DNA of 64,000 bases from Pelomyxa schiedti (Eukaryota > Protista > Evosea), in the NCBI GenBank assembly GCA_020536535.1, contig JAHLWZ010000797.1, positions 89,623 to 153,622 of the forward strand, read 5' to 3'. How positions within the stretch are numbered: position 1 is the first letter of the stretch; each line of letters starts with the position of its first letter. The notes below the pieces were generated by a model that did not search any database, was not told the DNA's origin, and worked only from the letters and a program-made list of their open reading frames with translations. The translations under genes and the position numbers were made by a program. Shown one piece after another: positions 36,907 to 50,074 of this stretch.

Positions 36907-39900
36907 ATGAGCACCACGGTGAGGGCTCGTTACCGCCCCTTACGTTTTTTGGTGTTCTGAGAGAGATGGTTAATGTTTAATTTCCCCTGACAGGAACCAA
37001 TCACGGTCGAATCTGTTGTGTCACGTCTCCGATTTGATCCCAGCAAGAGAGACGACACATCAAAAGCATTGTTGGAATTGATTGACGCTGAAAAAGAATA
37101 CCCAAAGGAATGGACACTCAAGTACGAGGCCTGATGCTGCACATCTCATTTTTTTGTTTTTTTTCGGCAAGCTTAGCTTTAACAAAGGTTCTTGGCACTC
37201 GGAGGTGTAAGAATTTTAATTGACTTTGTTAACTCTCTGGCTACAACCGAGTTCGTTCCCCCCCCAAGTATTTAGTTGTTATAACATAAATGACAATACA
37301 GTAAACCTGATGAAGACGTGAAAATGGCCGGTTATGCAGTTGCAGCAATCAAGACTCTACTGCGCCATTCACCTGAAGGCCAACATGCCGTTTTGGGCTC
37401 ACACGATATTGTTACACACCTCTTTGCATGGCTGAGAGCAATCCCAGGGGCAAGTGACCGGAATCCCCTAATTTCTGAAGTAATGTCGTTACTACTGGCT
37501 GCTCTAGTACTTCCACCGCCATCCGGTGACGCTCCATGCAAAGGGTAAGTGTTCTTTTCTTAGACTTTCTTTTTTACTTGAATAATATTTTTCAGGAACA
37601 TTTTAAAAGCACTCACATCTACGAAGCCCATGTTTGCAATTGTTAAGGAGCTACTGGAGTTACCATTCTCTTCACGAACTAAGACTAAAGTGCTGTCTTT
37701 GATGAACACTTTACTGTCACAAGCAGATAGGGAAACTAAGCAAGCATGGGTACAGGAGCTCTGTCAGTTGGAAATCGTCCGAGTCTTGAGATTTGTGGTG
37801 CGACTCCCTCCCCTCCCCACATACGTGCTGACTTTGTCTAGATCACTGGTGGTAGTGATTATGGATTCTTGATTGATCACGTCCTCAGATTGAATTCTCA
37901 TATTCAGGAATTTACCTCTCCTCTCAAAACTGTCAGAGAAACAAAACCCACTCCTTCAAAAGTCTCCACAAGTCCGAAGGTTGTCCAGTCTCCTTCAACA
38001 CCCCCTCCTCCTTTCCTAGGTGGCCCACCACCACCACCGCCATGTGGATGCCCACCACCACCACCACCACCACCACCGTGTGGATGCCCACCCCCACCAC
38101 CCCCAACTCCGAAGACTGCAGCTATAGAGCCTACTTACACCATACCTCCCCAACTATTAAGTCAACCCAAGCCTACCCACTCCCTAACCACCCCTGTCTG
38201 GACCCCTATGTTAAAGAACGTCATCCCCAAGACGGTAACCGCCTATCTTTGAAAGGCTGTTAACCTCCCACAGATCTTTTCCACACTGCCACAATTAGAG
38301 TTTGTTCCCTCATACGAGGAAATGGAAAGAAATTTCATGAAAATAAAGCTCCTGGACCCTCCAAAGTGGGTTCCCCCAGCCACTCATCATTTCGAGACAA
38401 TGGCAGTCTACAACGTTGGTACGTATCTAAGTTTCATCATCTATCATAATCTCCTCCAGCCGTTGTGTTGCACAGCTTCTTTCCAACTACACCAGCTGCG
38501 GAGATACTTCGCGCTATTGATACAGTGAATGAGTCATTTTTTTCTGATGAAACTCCCCTCAAAACTCTAAGTCATACCCTTGAGAAATTTGGGCTACCTG
38601 AGGTTGAAAAATTAATCTATTACTCAGTACAAAGGCTAACATTGAGTTAGCCTGGCTCTCTTGAAGGGCTATCTCTTGAACCACAAGAACAATTCTTCTT
38701 GGAGGTAGGATCGTATTTTAAACTTAGATAACATCGTACAGCTATCTCATATTCCAAATGTTGCTCTGAAACTAAAATCTCTGATTTTTAAGAAATCCTT
38801 CCTGGCAACTCTCCAAGAAATCAACAAGGTTTAAATAAACATACTAATTTTTCCCTAACCGTACGGTGCAGACAATTTCTGATGCCGAAAAAATGTGCGG
38901 TGCTATGATGTCAAGCCAGAAGTTGAAGAAATTTCTTGCTTTACTTGCATTGGTTGGAAATTTCTTGAATGGCGACAGGCCTGCTTTATTAACAGCAGGT
39001 TTTAATTTGAGCGCTCTACAGCAGGCATCGTCTGTTACACTGATTTGTTTGTTGACGTTTTCTCAGCTAGATGAGGTACGAGGGGCTACCACAAATCTAT
39101 CTGCAGTCATTTGTCATATCATTTGCACAACGGAAACCCTTTCTGATCTTGAAAACCTTGCAGATGACTTTCCCATGCTCCCTGATATAAAAGATACTTT
39201 CTTTGGTATAAAAAAAATCCCTCCACTATTCAATCACAGTTCACTTGAAGATTCCGTAAGCAAGCAGCTCTCTTCTTTAAAGAAGGAGCTAGATTCATTC
39301 CAGGATCTTGTGGATCTGGTACAGAAATTTTTTTGTGCTTGTCCCCTTCTCATTCATACTCAGTCCACAATAAACCCCGAAATCGTTAGAGCTACTGAAA
39401 GTTACCACCGCACCCAGTCCCTCATTGAAAATACTGCACTCTTCTTTGGTGAACAATCTGTAACCACCACCCAGGGATTCTTTTTACCACTGGTGCAATT
39501 TCTACCCAATTTTGCGGTATGTACATTTGTTTTCACTTTCTCTTCACTCACTGGCACAAGGTACAAATAAAACTGCGAAAGACTCATCCACTATCGTATG
39601 GACCTACACTTTTGTCTGTGGCACACTAACCCCCTCTACGCACAGAATACCTGTGCTCAATAAAGCGGCTCTTGTACTTAACAATGCGTCTTTGTTTACA
39701 GTGCCAGCCCCTACACCAGCAACGCCAATGCCGTCTCCAGCCTCATCCACTGGAGTACCACTTCCACCGCCTCCCCCTACCAAGAATACCCGCTTGCTGA
39801 AGAACGATATTCCCTCCAATTCTCCTCTTAGAGCCCAACAAAAATCAGTTTACAAGCTCAGAAATTGGTTCTGGCATGGCTTCAACCAGTCTCTTCTTCC

Positions 39901-41529
39901 AAAGACGGTTTGGCCTACCTTTTTTGAGTCACCCTAACATAACTATTAAGATCTTTTCTCAAATGGATAAAGAGCTTCTTGAGGTCAAGGTTCCTTATGA
40001 TCTTCTAGAAGCATTCTTTGCTATTACCAAACCCAATGCAACCTCTGCCCTTGAGCAAACTCCTGCCTCCACTACCACTCTTGAAGAAGCACCCGATAAG
40101 CATAGGAAGATTATCAATGCAATAAAGAAAAAGACGTACGTGTCTGTGCTTGGCAACAGGGTAGCAATGGCGGCAGGTTTTCAGCACTATCACTCTTCAA
40201 AGTCTATGGTTAAATGGAGTTCATAGATGTGATGCTTCACCTGTGGAATGGAACTCCAGATACACTCTTGCGAGCCATCACTGAAATGGACACAACAAAT
40301 TTCAAGGACTCTGTGCAAATAGACTTTTTGGTGGAACACTGTAGGTGCTTCGAAACTATTCCGGAGTCCCCTTCACTTTTATCTCCACCAGAACAATTCC
40401 TACTTAAGGTATAACTTCATGAAATTAGATCTACAAATGAAAAATCTTCAGGTTTGCCAACTCCCCGATGTTGAGAGCAAGTTACTTTTCATGAAGTTAA
40501 AGATCGATTTCCAAATTGTTGTAGATGATATCACACAAGTATCTGATTCACTTAGAATGAAGCTAATTAGGTGTCCAAATACAGAGTCAACAAATCTTAG
40601 ACAGTGCCTGCAAAGCGCTCCTTCAAAGTGAGAAACTTCGCAAACTACTTTCTCTGTTGTTACTAGTTGGAAATTTCTTGATTTCCAGCACTCGACGAAA
40701 GATTCATTTTGCCTATGATCTGAGCCTGCTTTCTTCAGTTGAGATTTTCGATTTTTCGTTGCATCTGCTGACAATCCTTCCTCAAGCTTCGGGAGACAAA
40801 ACAGCGTGACGGAAAGACTTTGATGCATTACATCTGCCAACTCATTAAATCAAAAGAAGGGCTTCATGATCTGCAAACTCTCAAGCAAGAGTTGAAATCA
40901 GTCCTCGACTTACCACTGAGTACAATTACACATTTCCTCTTTGTGGGTTACTTAAGTTTAACGTCCTTCTAGTGCTCATACAAAGTGGCGAAGGGTGGTT
41001 CTTGGAATCCATTATTCGCAGACTTGACACCAAGAGTGACTTCCTCACAGCTCTTCCTTTGAAAGACCAAGTTGCCTTCTGCATCTCATTTTTTTTTTTA
41101 ACTTCCACAAAGACGTTCTTCAACGAAGCAAAGAACACAATGCAGGGCTTGCAAACAAAACAAAACACCCTTAGAGACCTCCATCAACAAACACTCAGCT
41201 TCCTGGGCTTACTTCCCAAGAACATAAGTTCAGTCAACCCACTGTTACCACCACCTGCAGAACTCGGTTACCTGTTTGTCTCATTCTTCCGTGATATGGA
41301 GGTACTCCTCTACCGTTCCGAACCTCACACCCATACTTCTAAAGAGATGTGTGAAAGAAGAAGCCGAAGAAGAACGCCAACTGGAGGAACAAGCAAAGGA
41401 ATCCGCGGTACTTTTTTCTTTTTATTTGGCATTTCAACCTCCCCACCACAATAAGTGTTCTCTTCTAACATCCCATAGAAAGATGTTGCGGAGGGTGTTG
41501 TGTGGAGCCTTATTACTGCCAAATTGTAG
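36907..41529 (+). CDS. Formin with GBD/FH3-like N-terminus and two tandem FH1-FH2 modules
   Basis: Poly-Pro FH1 at ~38001-38107, then FH2 #1 (W..W-type lasso, EQFFLE, LVGNFLNG...GFNLSALQQL). Second Pro tract at ~39700-39790, then FH2 #2 (KLRNWFW, PEQFLL, LVGNFL...YDLSLLSSLRETK...TLMHYI). DAD-like end GVVWSLITAKL*. Confidence 0.8.
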
Positions 41530-41705
41530 GGAAAAAAGAAAGAAAACAACAAAAAAAAAACATTTTTCTACAAGAGAGTTATGGACAGACTTTCTACAAG
41601 ATGATTTTTGATGATGGTGTCTTTCCTTTGGGGGTTCCTATCCCACAAAGGGTCTATGGTAGCAGTCAAAATGGGGATGTTGCCGGGTCCCCTCCGCTTG
41701 TTTGT

Positions 41706-42626
41706 TTAGCTGGAGCTTTCTGCAGTGGCACTGGTGGTAGTAATCGGTGGAGTCTTGGAAGCCGACGGGGGCGTTTTGCCCAGCACGTTGCCGAGAATTC
41801 CCAGAAGAAAGGCCGTGTGTTGTAGAAGTGGAGTCAAGTCCTTTGCTTCATGGTCCAATTCCATTCCCGCCGGCGAGCTGCCGTTGGGTGGTGGGGATGG
41901 ATCAGTTTGGCGGGAGGACTCTACTGATGATATAAGGTGAGCCATCCTTTCTTTGAGTGTGTCGAGCAAACTGGTGGTTTCTTTCATGCAAGATACTGTA
42001 CATAGTGTAAGAACGCGAAAAAACGGGCGAAGTAGTAGTAGCAGTAGTAGAAAGAAAGGAATTTACCGAGGTCGTCGTTTCCACACACAGCTGGCGACAC
42101 ATCGCTCTGTGCCAGATTCACAACGCTTGTGCTCAGAGGAATCGGGGTGGAGGACACGCAAGTCGATACGGAGCACAAAACGGCGGGGCTACCATCGTCT
42201 CCCCCGCCGGATGGCGCCGCCGGAACAACTTCCTGCACAAGCACCCGCAGCCGCTCGGCTGGAATCACCCTCCTCTCCTTCGTCGCGAACATTGTGACGC
42301 CGACCGCTGCGCGCCGAACCGGCGCTTGTTTGTAGACGAGATAAACCGGCGCCTCGTCCGCCAGTTGCGGCGCCACTTCGTGTAGGACTCCCTCTTTCAA
42401 AACGCGACCACACCACACTAGTCTTTGAGACTCTGGTGGATAGCCAAGCCTGCATTAAAAAAAAAAAGTGTTACTAGTTGCGATGGAAGAAAGGGGGGAA
42501 AAAAAAAAGCGGAACGTACTTGTCGTAAAGAATCACCTTGAGGTCTGAAACGGAACTAGATTGCGACACCGACACGCACGCTTCCTCTTTGTTTTGTCGT
42601 CCGTGGAACACGCGCAGGTGATACAT
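41706..42626 (-). CDS. Ubiquitin-like domain-containing protein
   Basis: Spliced N-terminal Ubl signature SVSDLKVILYDKLGYPPESQRLVWCGRVLKE...VYLV; helical C-terminus. Confidence 0.7.
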
Positions 42627-42986
42627 ACGAAAGACCGTTTGTCGATTTTATTATCTTTTTACATGTTTCATTTGACTTTTCCGCTTAAAAAGGCCGGAAG
42701 TTTCTTCATTTCTTCGTTGATCTCTTTCGTGTTTTTTAAATAGGGTTGACAGCCTGAAGATTTGATCAACAGATGTTTTGATCACCTACCCCCATAGGGA
42801 CACTTGAAAGGGCGTTGTCCCATCTCTTTATGTGCAACTTCTTTGTTTTACGGGGGGAGTTTCTTTTTTAAGGAACAAACTATTATTTACAAAACAACGT
42901 AAAATGTGCATAAATGCTTCCTTGTTTGTAACTGCTCAAGGATCCGAGACATTCGCTCCCCTTGAAACAGTTGGATTTGGCAAAGT

Positions 42987-45900
42987 TCAAGGATTTTTAG
43001 CCTTCATGGGAATTAGGGTGGGTGAACAGTATTTGGACCCACAAAAGTGACACCCACAAAAACTGCCACCACACCATTCGCAAGAACAATCATTGGTGCT
43101 GGGATAGTTCTCCGGATCTGGAGGTATTGGCTCCAGATCGAGTTCATCCAAAGTGGGCTTGATATAGTCCAAAAATGGAGCAGAGAGAACGGTGCCGAGG
43201 CACGTCATGGAATCCTGGTCATTGGAATTCAACCGCGAAAAAATCCTGCTCGCTCCCTTCTTTTGCTCCTCGGAAATGGCCTTGACTGCCGCGATGAACG
43301 TGGGTGCACTGGAGAAATGGCACGACCACTTGAGAATGTTTCCCAACAGGACAAACTGCATCTTCGGAAGCGCTGTCAGCATCGTGAGCAGAACCTGCTG
43401 CTCGCTCTCCGGTGATAATTTGAAGAGTTCGAAAATGAGCGATTTCGCACCGACGAAGTAACTGTGCACGTTATCGCCAACCAGATATTCGGTGATAAGC
43501 TTTTTGCAGTACCTGGCAGCGAACTGGTGGTGGGTCTTGGCCACCATGCACACCATTCCCGCCCACCCCTCCAAGAATTTATCCATGTGTATCGACGCAT
43601 CCGGTCCGAAAGGAGAGAAGTGCTCACAGAGATTTATCAGAAAATCGATGTCTCTCGTTGGATGTGCGCGGCACTCTGTGTTTGGTGGGTGGCTCGCTGA
43701 AAAAATGGCACCAAGGGCAGACAACAGGTGTTCACTCTCTTCATCCCCTCGTTGTAGGGCAGTGGTCGCACTGAGGTTTATATCATTCTCCAGCCTTGGA
43801 GAATAGAAAACGCTGTGGTGCTGAATCAGCTTGGAAATGAGGAGCACATGTCCGATTTCCAATGGACCTGAACAGTGTTGTTCCATGAACCGTGGAATTT
43901 GTCCAGTGGAGTGCAGGATTTTGGCCAACAGGTTTGCTGCGTGGCGGCGGTTGGACCCCCTTCCTTGCGTTATCACCCTTGTAATTGGTACCACCCATTC
44001 TGGGGAAGGAGCTCTGTCAAGTTTTTCAAGTACCTTCAACTGTTCCCCCAGAGTTTCATCAGCAATCCGGTCAAAAGGCGCAATTTTGGCGCTATCCACC
44101 AGGTTGGTCCGAGACAGTTCAGTTTTTGCTGTGTTCATCTCTACAATCTCAGATGCCAGCCCAATCGAGACTGTCCTCACATCCTCAATGACAGAGGCAA
44201 TCGTTTCATTGGGAACTATTTGCTTGATGTTCTCATTCATCGAACACCTGCCCATTACCACCACGATCGTGTTGCAGATGCTCAGTTTTGTACTTCTATC
44301 TTTCCCCTTCATGCAGTCCAGAAGGAAACCGAAAATCTTTGAAATGAGAGTTGGGGAACAGCACAGGCGAATAATCTCTGCCAGAACCCATTGCACGGTT
44401 GTCACTGAACTTGACTTTGTGTGAGGACGAGTCCACAGTGCGCTCCCTGGTGTTGGGTTGGTGAAAATCTTCGCCAAGATTCCCTCGGCACCCGCGGTTC
44501 TAATGCCTGGCCACAACTCGAGAACCCTTATGGTCGTGACGCACAACTTTCGCGTGACGACGTCGTCTGGAGCAATCGGCCCATGAAGGATTCCAATCGT
44601 TTCAAGAAGCGAGGGAGGTGTGGCTGCTGGTTCGGAAGAAGCCGCCCTTATCGACGACATGGCAGCAGCTCCAAACAGTTGGACTGCCCTGGCTCGAACC
44701 TTGGCTGACGGGTCCCTCCAGAGGATGTTTATGTCCTCCCTGGAGAGTGAATTGCTGCTGCTGCTGTGAACAAGGAGCGAGGCTGCATTGTATCGCACAC
44801 TTTCGTTGGAGTCACTCAAGAGTCCCCGAAGTTCCTGCAACATTTCAGCGGTGAACAAGTGCCGGTTGTTCCTCAGGAGATGACCCAGAGCTTTGGGAAG
44901 CGCGGGGTGCCTGTACTCCTTCCTGAGGGTTGTGACAAACTTTTGCAAATCAGTGGCCGGAATGACTGCAGGATGAGCGAGCACGACCGTTTTCCAAAAG
45001 AGCAACCCAATCGTCCCCAGTGCGTCGGATTTTTTGACGTGCTCCAGACAACAGCGCAGAAAGGGCTGGATCAGAGGCAAAATGAACTGGTACTTCAGTG
45101 TGACATCGTCCAATCTTTTCCAAGCTTTCGGAGTGACGATTTTGTGCTCGAGCTGTTGAACCATCGATGCCTGATTGAAATCCTGGCCCACAGTGCCCGC
45201 CAATTTGCGCTTGTATCTCTCTTGCCAGAACTCTGAGTTGTTGACTTGGAAGTGCCTCAAGACCGCACCGTTGAATTGGGGAATGAAACACTCTGGAATA
45301 TCCAGTTTATGACACTCTTTGATTTCGAAAACTTCAAAATCTCCAACGTCCGCTGCTGCGTCGTTGTTTTCCTTGATTTGCAACTTGAATTCCACCAGGG
45401 ATTCGCATTGAATGACGTGGACGCACTTGAGCAGTCTCCCTGACGTTATTTTCAGAGCCACCATTCCGGTGCACTCTTTGATGACGAGCACACGAAGCAT
45501 CGGAAATTTCCCTGTTATTTGTTGAATGTCGTTGCACCGCAGAATGTGAAGACTTTCGAGAGACAAGAAGAAGTCCGGCAAAGAATCCAAGGGGCACGAA
45601 TCAATCCTCAAGTGCACGAGTTTCTTCCACGATTGTTCCAAAAGATTCGCGAGAGAAGTTTTGCAATTGCCTGGAACACCAACGAGAGACAACTCGGTGA
45701 ATTGGTCCCCCTTTTCCATGCAATGTTGAAACAATGAAGGTGCCGCTTCGACAGCAGCACGGCCTGAAAATTTGGTGGTGTTCAGCAGGTTTTGCCTCTT
45801 CCACGCGATCCTAAGTCCACAAAAACCTTCGGTGACACCTTTTTCAAACTCTTTGAGGATTTGAAAAGCCTCCAAAAAATCTGAACAGATGTCGGTGATG

Positions 45901-48900
45901 GGGTAAGTGCCCAACTGTTCGAAGTTGTAAAGTTCATCGTCCTCCTGACTGTGTGTGTGAAACGGAGGCAACTGCTTGCTTGAAAGGCATGACCTGACGA
46001 TCGGAATTCTTTGAAACGAAGTCGAGCAGTCTACAGTCCACTCACCAGTGGCCACCGTGTAACACTTCCCCATCGCCGGGTCGAAGGCGTTCAACATATC
46101 TCTGTGAGTCCAGTCTTTCGTCTCGCTGCTGCTGCTCCTCAGGAGGTGTTGCAAGAACTGGAGCCGCTTCGCCAAGTTCGGCAGGTTGGAGATTTGCAGG
46201 AGAGATGTCATCTTGTGCTGTTCCATCAATGCTGGGAACCCTCCAAACAGTTCCTTGATCTTTCTGTCGTGGACCTGTATTTGCTCCCACCAATGTTGCA
46301 GAAGACGAGGCGGCTCCAGTTCCAAGAACGCGGAGATCACGTGTGGGTGCACCTTGAAGTTGCCGTCGAACATCTTGGGGAGACAAAAGATGTGGCTCCT
46401 CAATTGGCAAACCCCATCGCGGATCAGAGGGGTTGGCATGAAGGAATCCGTCAACTGTGACACGAGCCACCCGTCTTGTATCGACATATTCTCGGCAGAG
46501 TCCTTCTGTGGCTGAAGCAACAGTGTTTCGATCACCTTCCAAGAGAATGCCTTTGGGTGGAGAGTGCTCACCAATCGATCCGCGGATCCCCCCGTGTTGA
46601 CGGGGTCGCCTTTGGTGGGCATGAATAAAAACACAGGATATGGCTCTCGCGGGCGGTTTGGATGAACGATTCTTGCGAATATTGCTACGGTTCCGTGTCC
46701 ACTCAGCAGATACGTCAACTCGGCAGCCGCAAGTTGCCGCAATGGAAATGTGGGGTAAAACTTGATATGTGCTATCGGTTGCCCGTCGCTCTTTTGAATG
46801 AGCCTTGTCAGGGAGGAGGGGTTTCCTCGAATTGATCCATCTTCCTCAAACAACATAGCAGTATACTCGTCTTTCAAGTGAGTGGTTACACTCGTTCCCC
46901 TTGCGTTAATCCATGTGATCACTGCTTTGGTCGTGTCCAGTGGGGGTGGAGCAACAAGCTCAGACAGATGAGATTGGAGCAATGCTTTGGTAATATCCGT
47001 GGAGAGATGATACCCAATCGAATTGAGAGGCACGGACTCAAACCAGTTCTTGATTCGCGGAAATCTTCTGTGATCATAGAAGTGCTCGCTCAGTTTTCGG
47101 CGGTCTTCACAACTCAGTTTCCAATAATATTCCTCGAACTCCTCCAATTCGATCTCCTCATTGCAGAGCAGTTGGCAACAATCCCGCAGAATTTGCTCAA
47201 TGCACCGTGGATTGTTGCAGAAGGGACTTCGTTCGACGAGAGCCTTCAAGTTGATGCGAGTGTATTCAAGTTGGCTCATGAACGGCTGAGCCAGCACAAG
47301 GATTCCAGGATCGATCCGGATCGCATTCGAGAAGAGCGACACAAATGAATCCGTGTCTCGGCAATGACGGTATTTGGCAACGGCCAGATTGAGATCGAAC
47401 TCCGCGTCTTGATCATCGAAAGAGTCCGCAACCAGGGCCATTGCATAGTGCGCCACCGCATTTCCCCATTTCTGGACAAAAAGGAAGCTGTCCCCGCGAC
47501 TTTTGAGCAGGATGTACATGGGGAACGGAGAGGAGTCGGCGGCGCAAGAAGTGATGGAGGACCACTCTTCCGCTATTTTCAGTTGAAGCTGTTGAATGGC
47601 AACTTCGACTTGCTGAGTGCACTGCTGCTGCGTGTCCAACAGTGCTTTGTCGCACACGTGTTGAAGCCTGTAAAGCAGTTCCCTTCGCCTCGTTATGTCA
47701 TCGGAATATGCCAGCACGCGATAGTAATATTTCAGTTCCTGCGTGATCGAATCCGGCGCCCCGGAGACGGTTGTCACCCAGGCACTTGGCCGCGGGATGT
47801 GGGTGCTCACGTTTTGTGCGGACACGTCGCAATCGAACAGCGACTGGTTGTCGCGGTAAAACACGCAGAATTCTGGATAAACCTGCTCTTCAGGAACGCA
47901 GAACTCGTTCGAATCGAAGCAACTCTCGGGATCGAAGGCACCATTGGGCCCCCATGATGAATGGAATCCCCTTTCAGGCCCTTCCGCAAATTTGCGGCCT
48001 TTGTTTCTGTCGACATAGATATTCCCCAGTGTCACCCTGCAAATAAAAACAGCTTTCAAGTGGTTGCAGTTGTTTTCTGTGCAACTCTCGCACTTTGCGT
48101 AAGTCGCCACCTTCGCAAACGAATCTGACAAGTAAATTCCCCTGCCCAGCGCTCCATACCCCACTCCCGCTTTTCGTGTTGCAAACTTGGAGCTGAACCC
48201 TCCCATTGTGATTTTCTTCATCGTCGATTGTGATGTCCCGTGGAAGAGCCAACATTCTCCAACCGCCCGATTGAGCACGGGGAGGCCACCTTCGAGTTTA
48301 GCCTGCCAGCGTATCTGTGATGCTTGGGACTGTATTGTTCTTGCTCGCAAAGAGACGGAAATATCCCCCTTTTTCTCTTGGTACTGCTGCCATAATCTGG
48401 GGTTGTTCATCACCTTTATTTCGTGGATGGTGATGCTCTCGGCTTGCCCCAAGTGTGTCGGGGGCTGCCTTGTCTCCTCCTGCAAGAAATGGAGCAGGTT
48501 TCCTCCCTCGGCAGCTTTCTTGAGCCGGGAGAATTCAAAGTAAGTCGATTTATAAGTCTCTGTGTCACTTGTGCCGTGTATCAGATAAACCAGAACCTGC
48601 CAGAGCTTTTCACTGTTGGCGATGCTGCATACCGTTCCTAATGGAGGAAGCCAATTGGAATCTGTCACCCAGGTGCCTGGTGGGGGAGGCCACAAAGGTG
48701 AAAAGCTGCCTCCAGAGGCAATAACTTCATTGTAAAGGAATTCAGCAATCCAGGTTCTGTCCACCCTCACTGTCTCCGGAAAAGAGAAACCCAACTGAGT
48801 CCTCAGAGCCTCAAGAGACTCACCTTGCAAAATTTCAAGAGACCGGGGCACGGTCGCGGCCCTGATTGATCTGCACAAGCACAACTGGGAGCTTGTGAGT

Positions 48901-50074
48901 CCTTGAGTGTCTTCGAAATTGGAGTCGCAGAGTTCACTGTTGTTCAGAATGCTGCTTGTCAAGGTTGCAGCCTGCATGGATGCCCCAGAAAGCACGGCAC
49001 GTGAGAAATCCACACCAGAGAGGCAGGCGTAGCGGAACAGAGGGTTTTTCGCATTGAACATGGACATGTCAGCTTGGCTCAAGTTGGCCCAGTCAAATAT
49101 CACTTGATTTCCCTTGCCCCCTTGGAAGCTCGAGTTCATAAGTGAAGTCCCTGTGAAATCAGAGTGGTTGATCGTGCACCGACAGAAGTTTGTGTGATCC
49201 ATGCAACATCCAGAAAACTTCAACCACTTCAATTGTCTGTGGCCAGCAAAAGAAGTTCCGAAAAACGAGAGTCCGCTGAAAACGATGGGCCCGTGAGTGT
49301 TCCTCAGAGGCACCCCAGAGAAATTGCAGAAGGTGAAGTCGATGTGGACGCACTCACGCAGGGACCGGAAGTTGCTCAATCTCAAGGGGACGTCGTCAGA
49401 CTGAGGGTCCCTCCAAGAGCCCTGCCCCAAAATGTCGCAGGTGAAGTGGGCCCACGTGTCGTTGGGATCCCGCAGCGCGAGCGTGATGAGCAAGCTCAGG
49501 GCGTACTCCGACGTCGCCGCCAGGTCCGTCAGCCTGCCCCGCTCGTCTGGCGTCAGCTCCGAAATCGAGATGTGCTGCTTCTTGTTGTTGTTGTTGGCGG
49601 GGCCTCCTCCTCCGCCGCCCCACGTTGGAATCAGAGGAAGGGACACCCTCGAGATCAGGCCCGCGAGGAACAGATTGTCCTCGTATGACGATGCCGACGC
49701 GTTGGCGGGGCTGCTCGAGTCAGAGCGGGGGCGTCCCGGCGGCGTCGTCGGAGTCGCGGCGGCTGCTGCTGCCCCAACCGAAACTGACCTCGGGACAGAC
49801 GGAGACGGAGGGGGAGTGCCACTGGAAGGAGGCGGGGGCATCAGGCACTCGCGCAACTTGGTTTCGAAATTGAGCTTCCTCAGCGCCTTGATTCGGTACT
49901 GCCACAGCGGTTGGCCCTCATGCCTCAGGTTGCCCAACGCGAACGCGTTCAGCGGTTTGAAAAATTCGGCAAGCAACCTGCCAAGCTGGGAAAAACCGTA
50001 GGTAAGCGTATTTGTGTTGGTAAAAAAGCACGGTAGGGCGCGGGAAAAGGCCTCACCCTGATGGCGTTGTCCAT
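42987..50074 (-). CDS. ~2,340-aa multidomain protein: pentapeptide repeats, PARP (ART) catalytic domain, TPR, PI4K/HipA-like kinase-like domain, LRR, HEAT/ARM repeats, Cys-rich tail
   Basis: A single 7-kb open frame. Likely start MDNAIR (ATG 50074) with one intron at 49986-50056. Pentapeptides (ANLSQADMS, ACLSGVDFSRAVLSGASM). PARP LFHGT/GRGIYLS/ATY/FICRVTLG/NEF/QVYPEF. TPR KSRGDSFL...AVAHYAMAL. LRR LESLHILRC/LRVLVIKEC. HEAT LLSDSNESVRYNAASLL. Confidence 0.85.

Noticed and set aside
42740-42830. Small hairpins (TGATCA...TGATCA, GGGACA...TGTCCC) between the Ubl and PARP genes
   Set aside because: The stems are short and expected by chance; no recognisable ncRNA or SECIS consensus.
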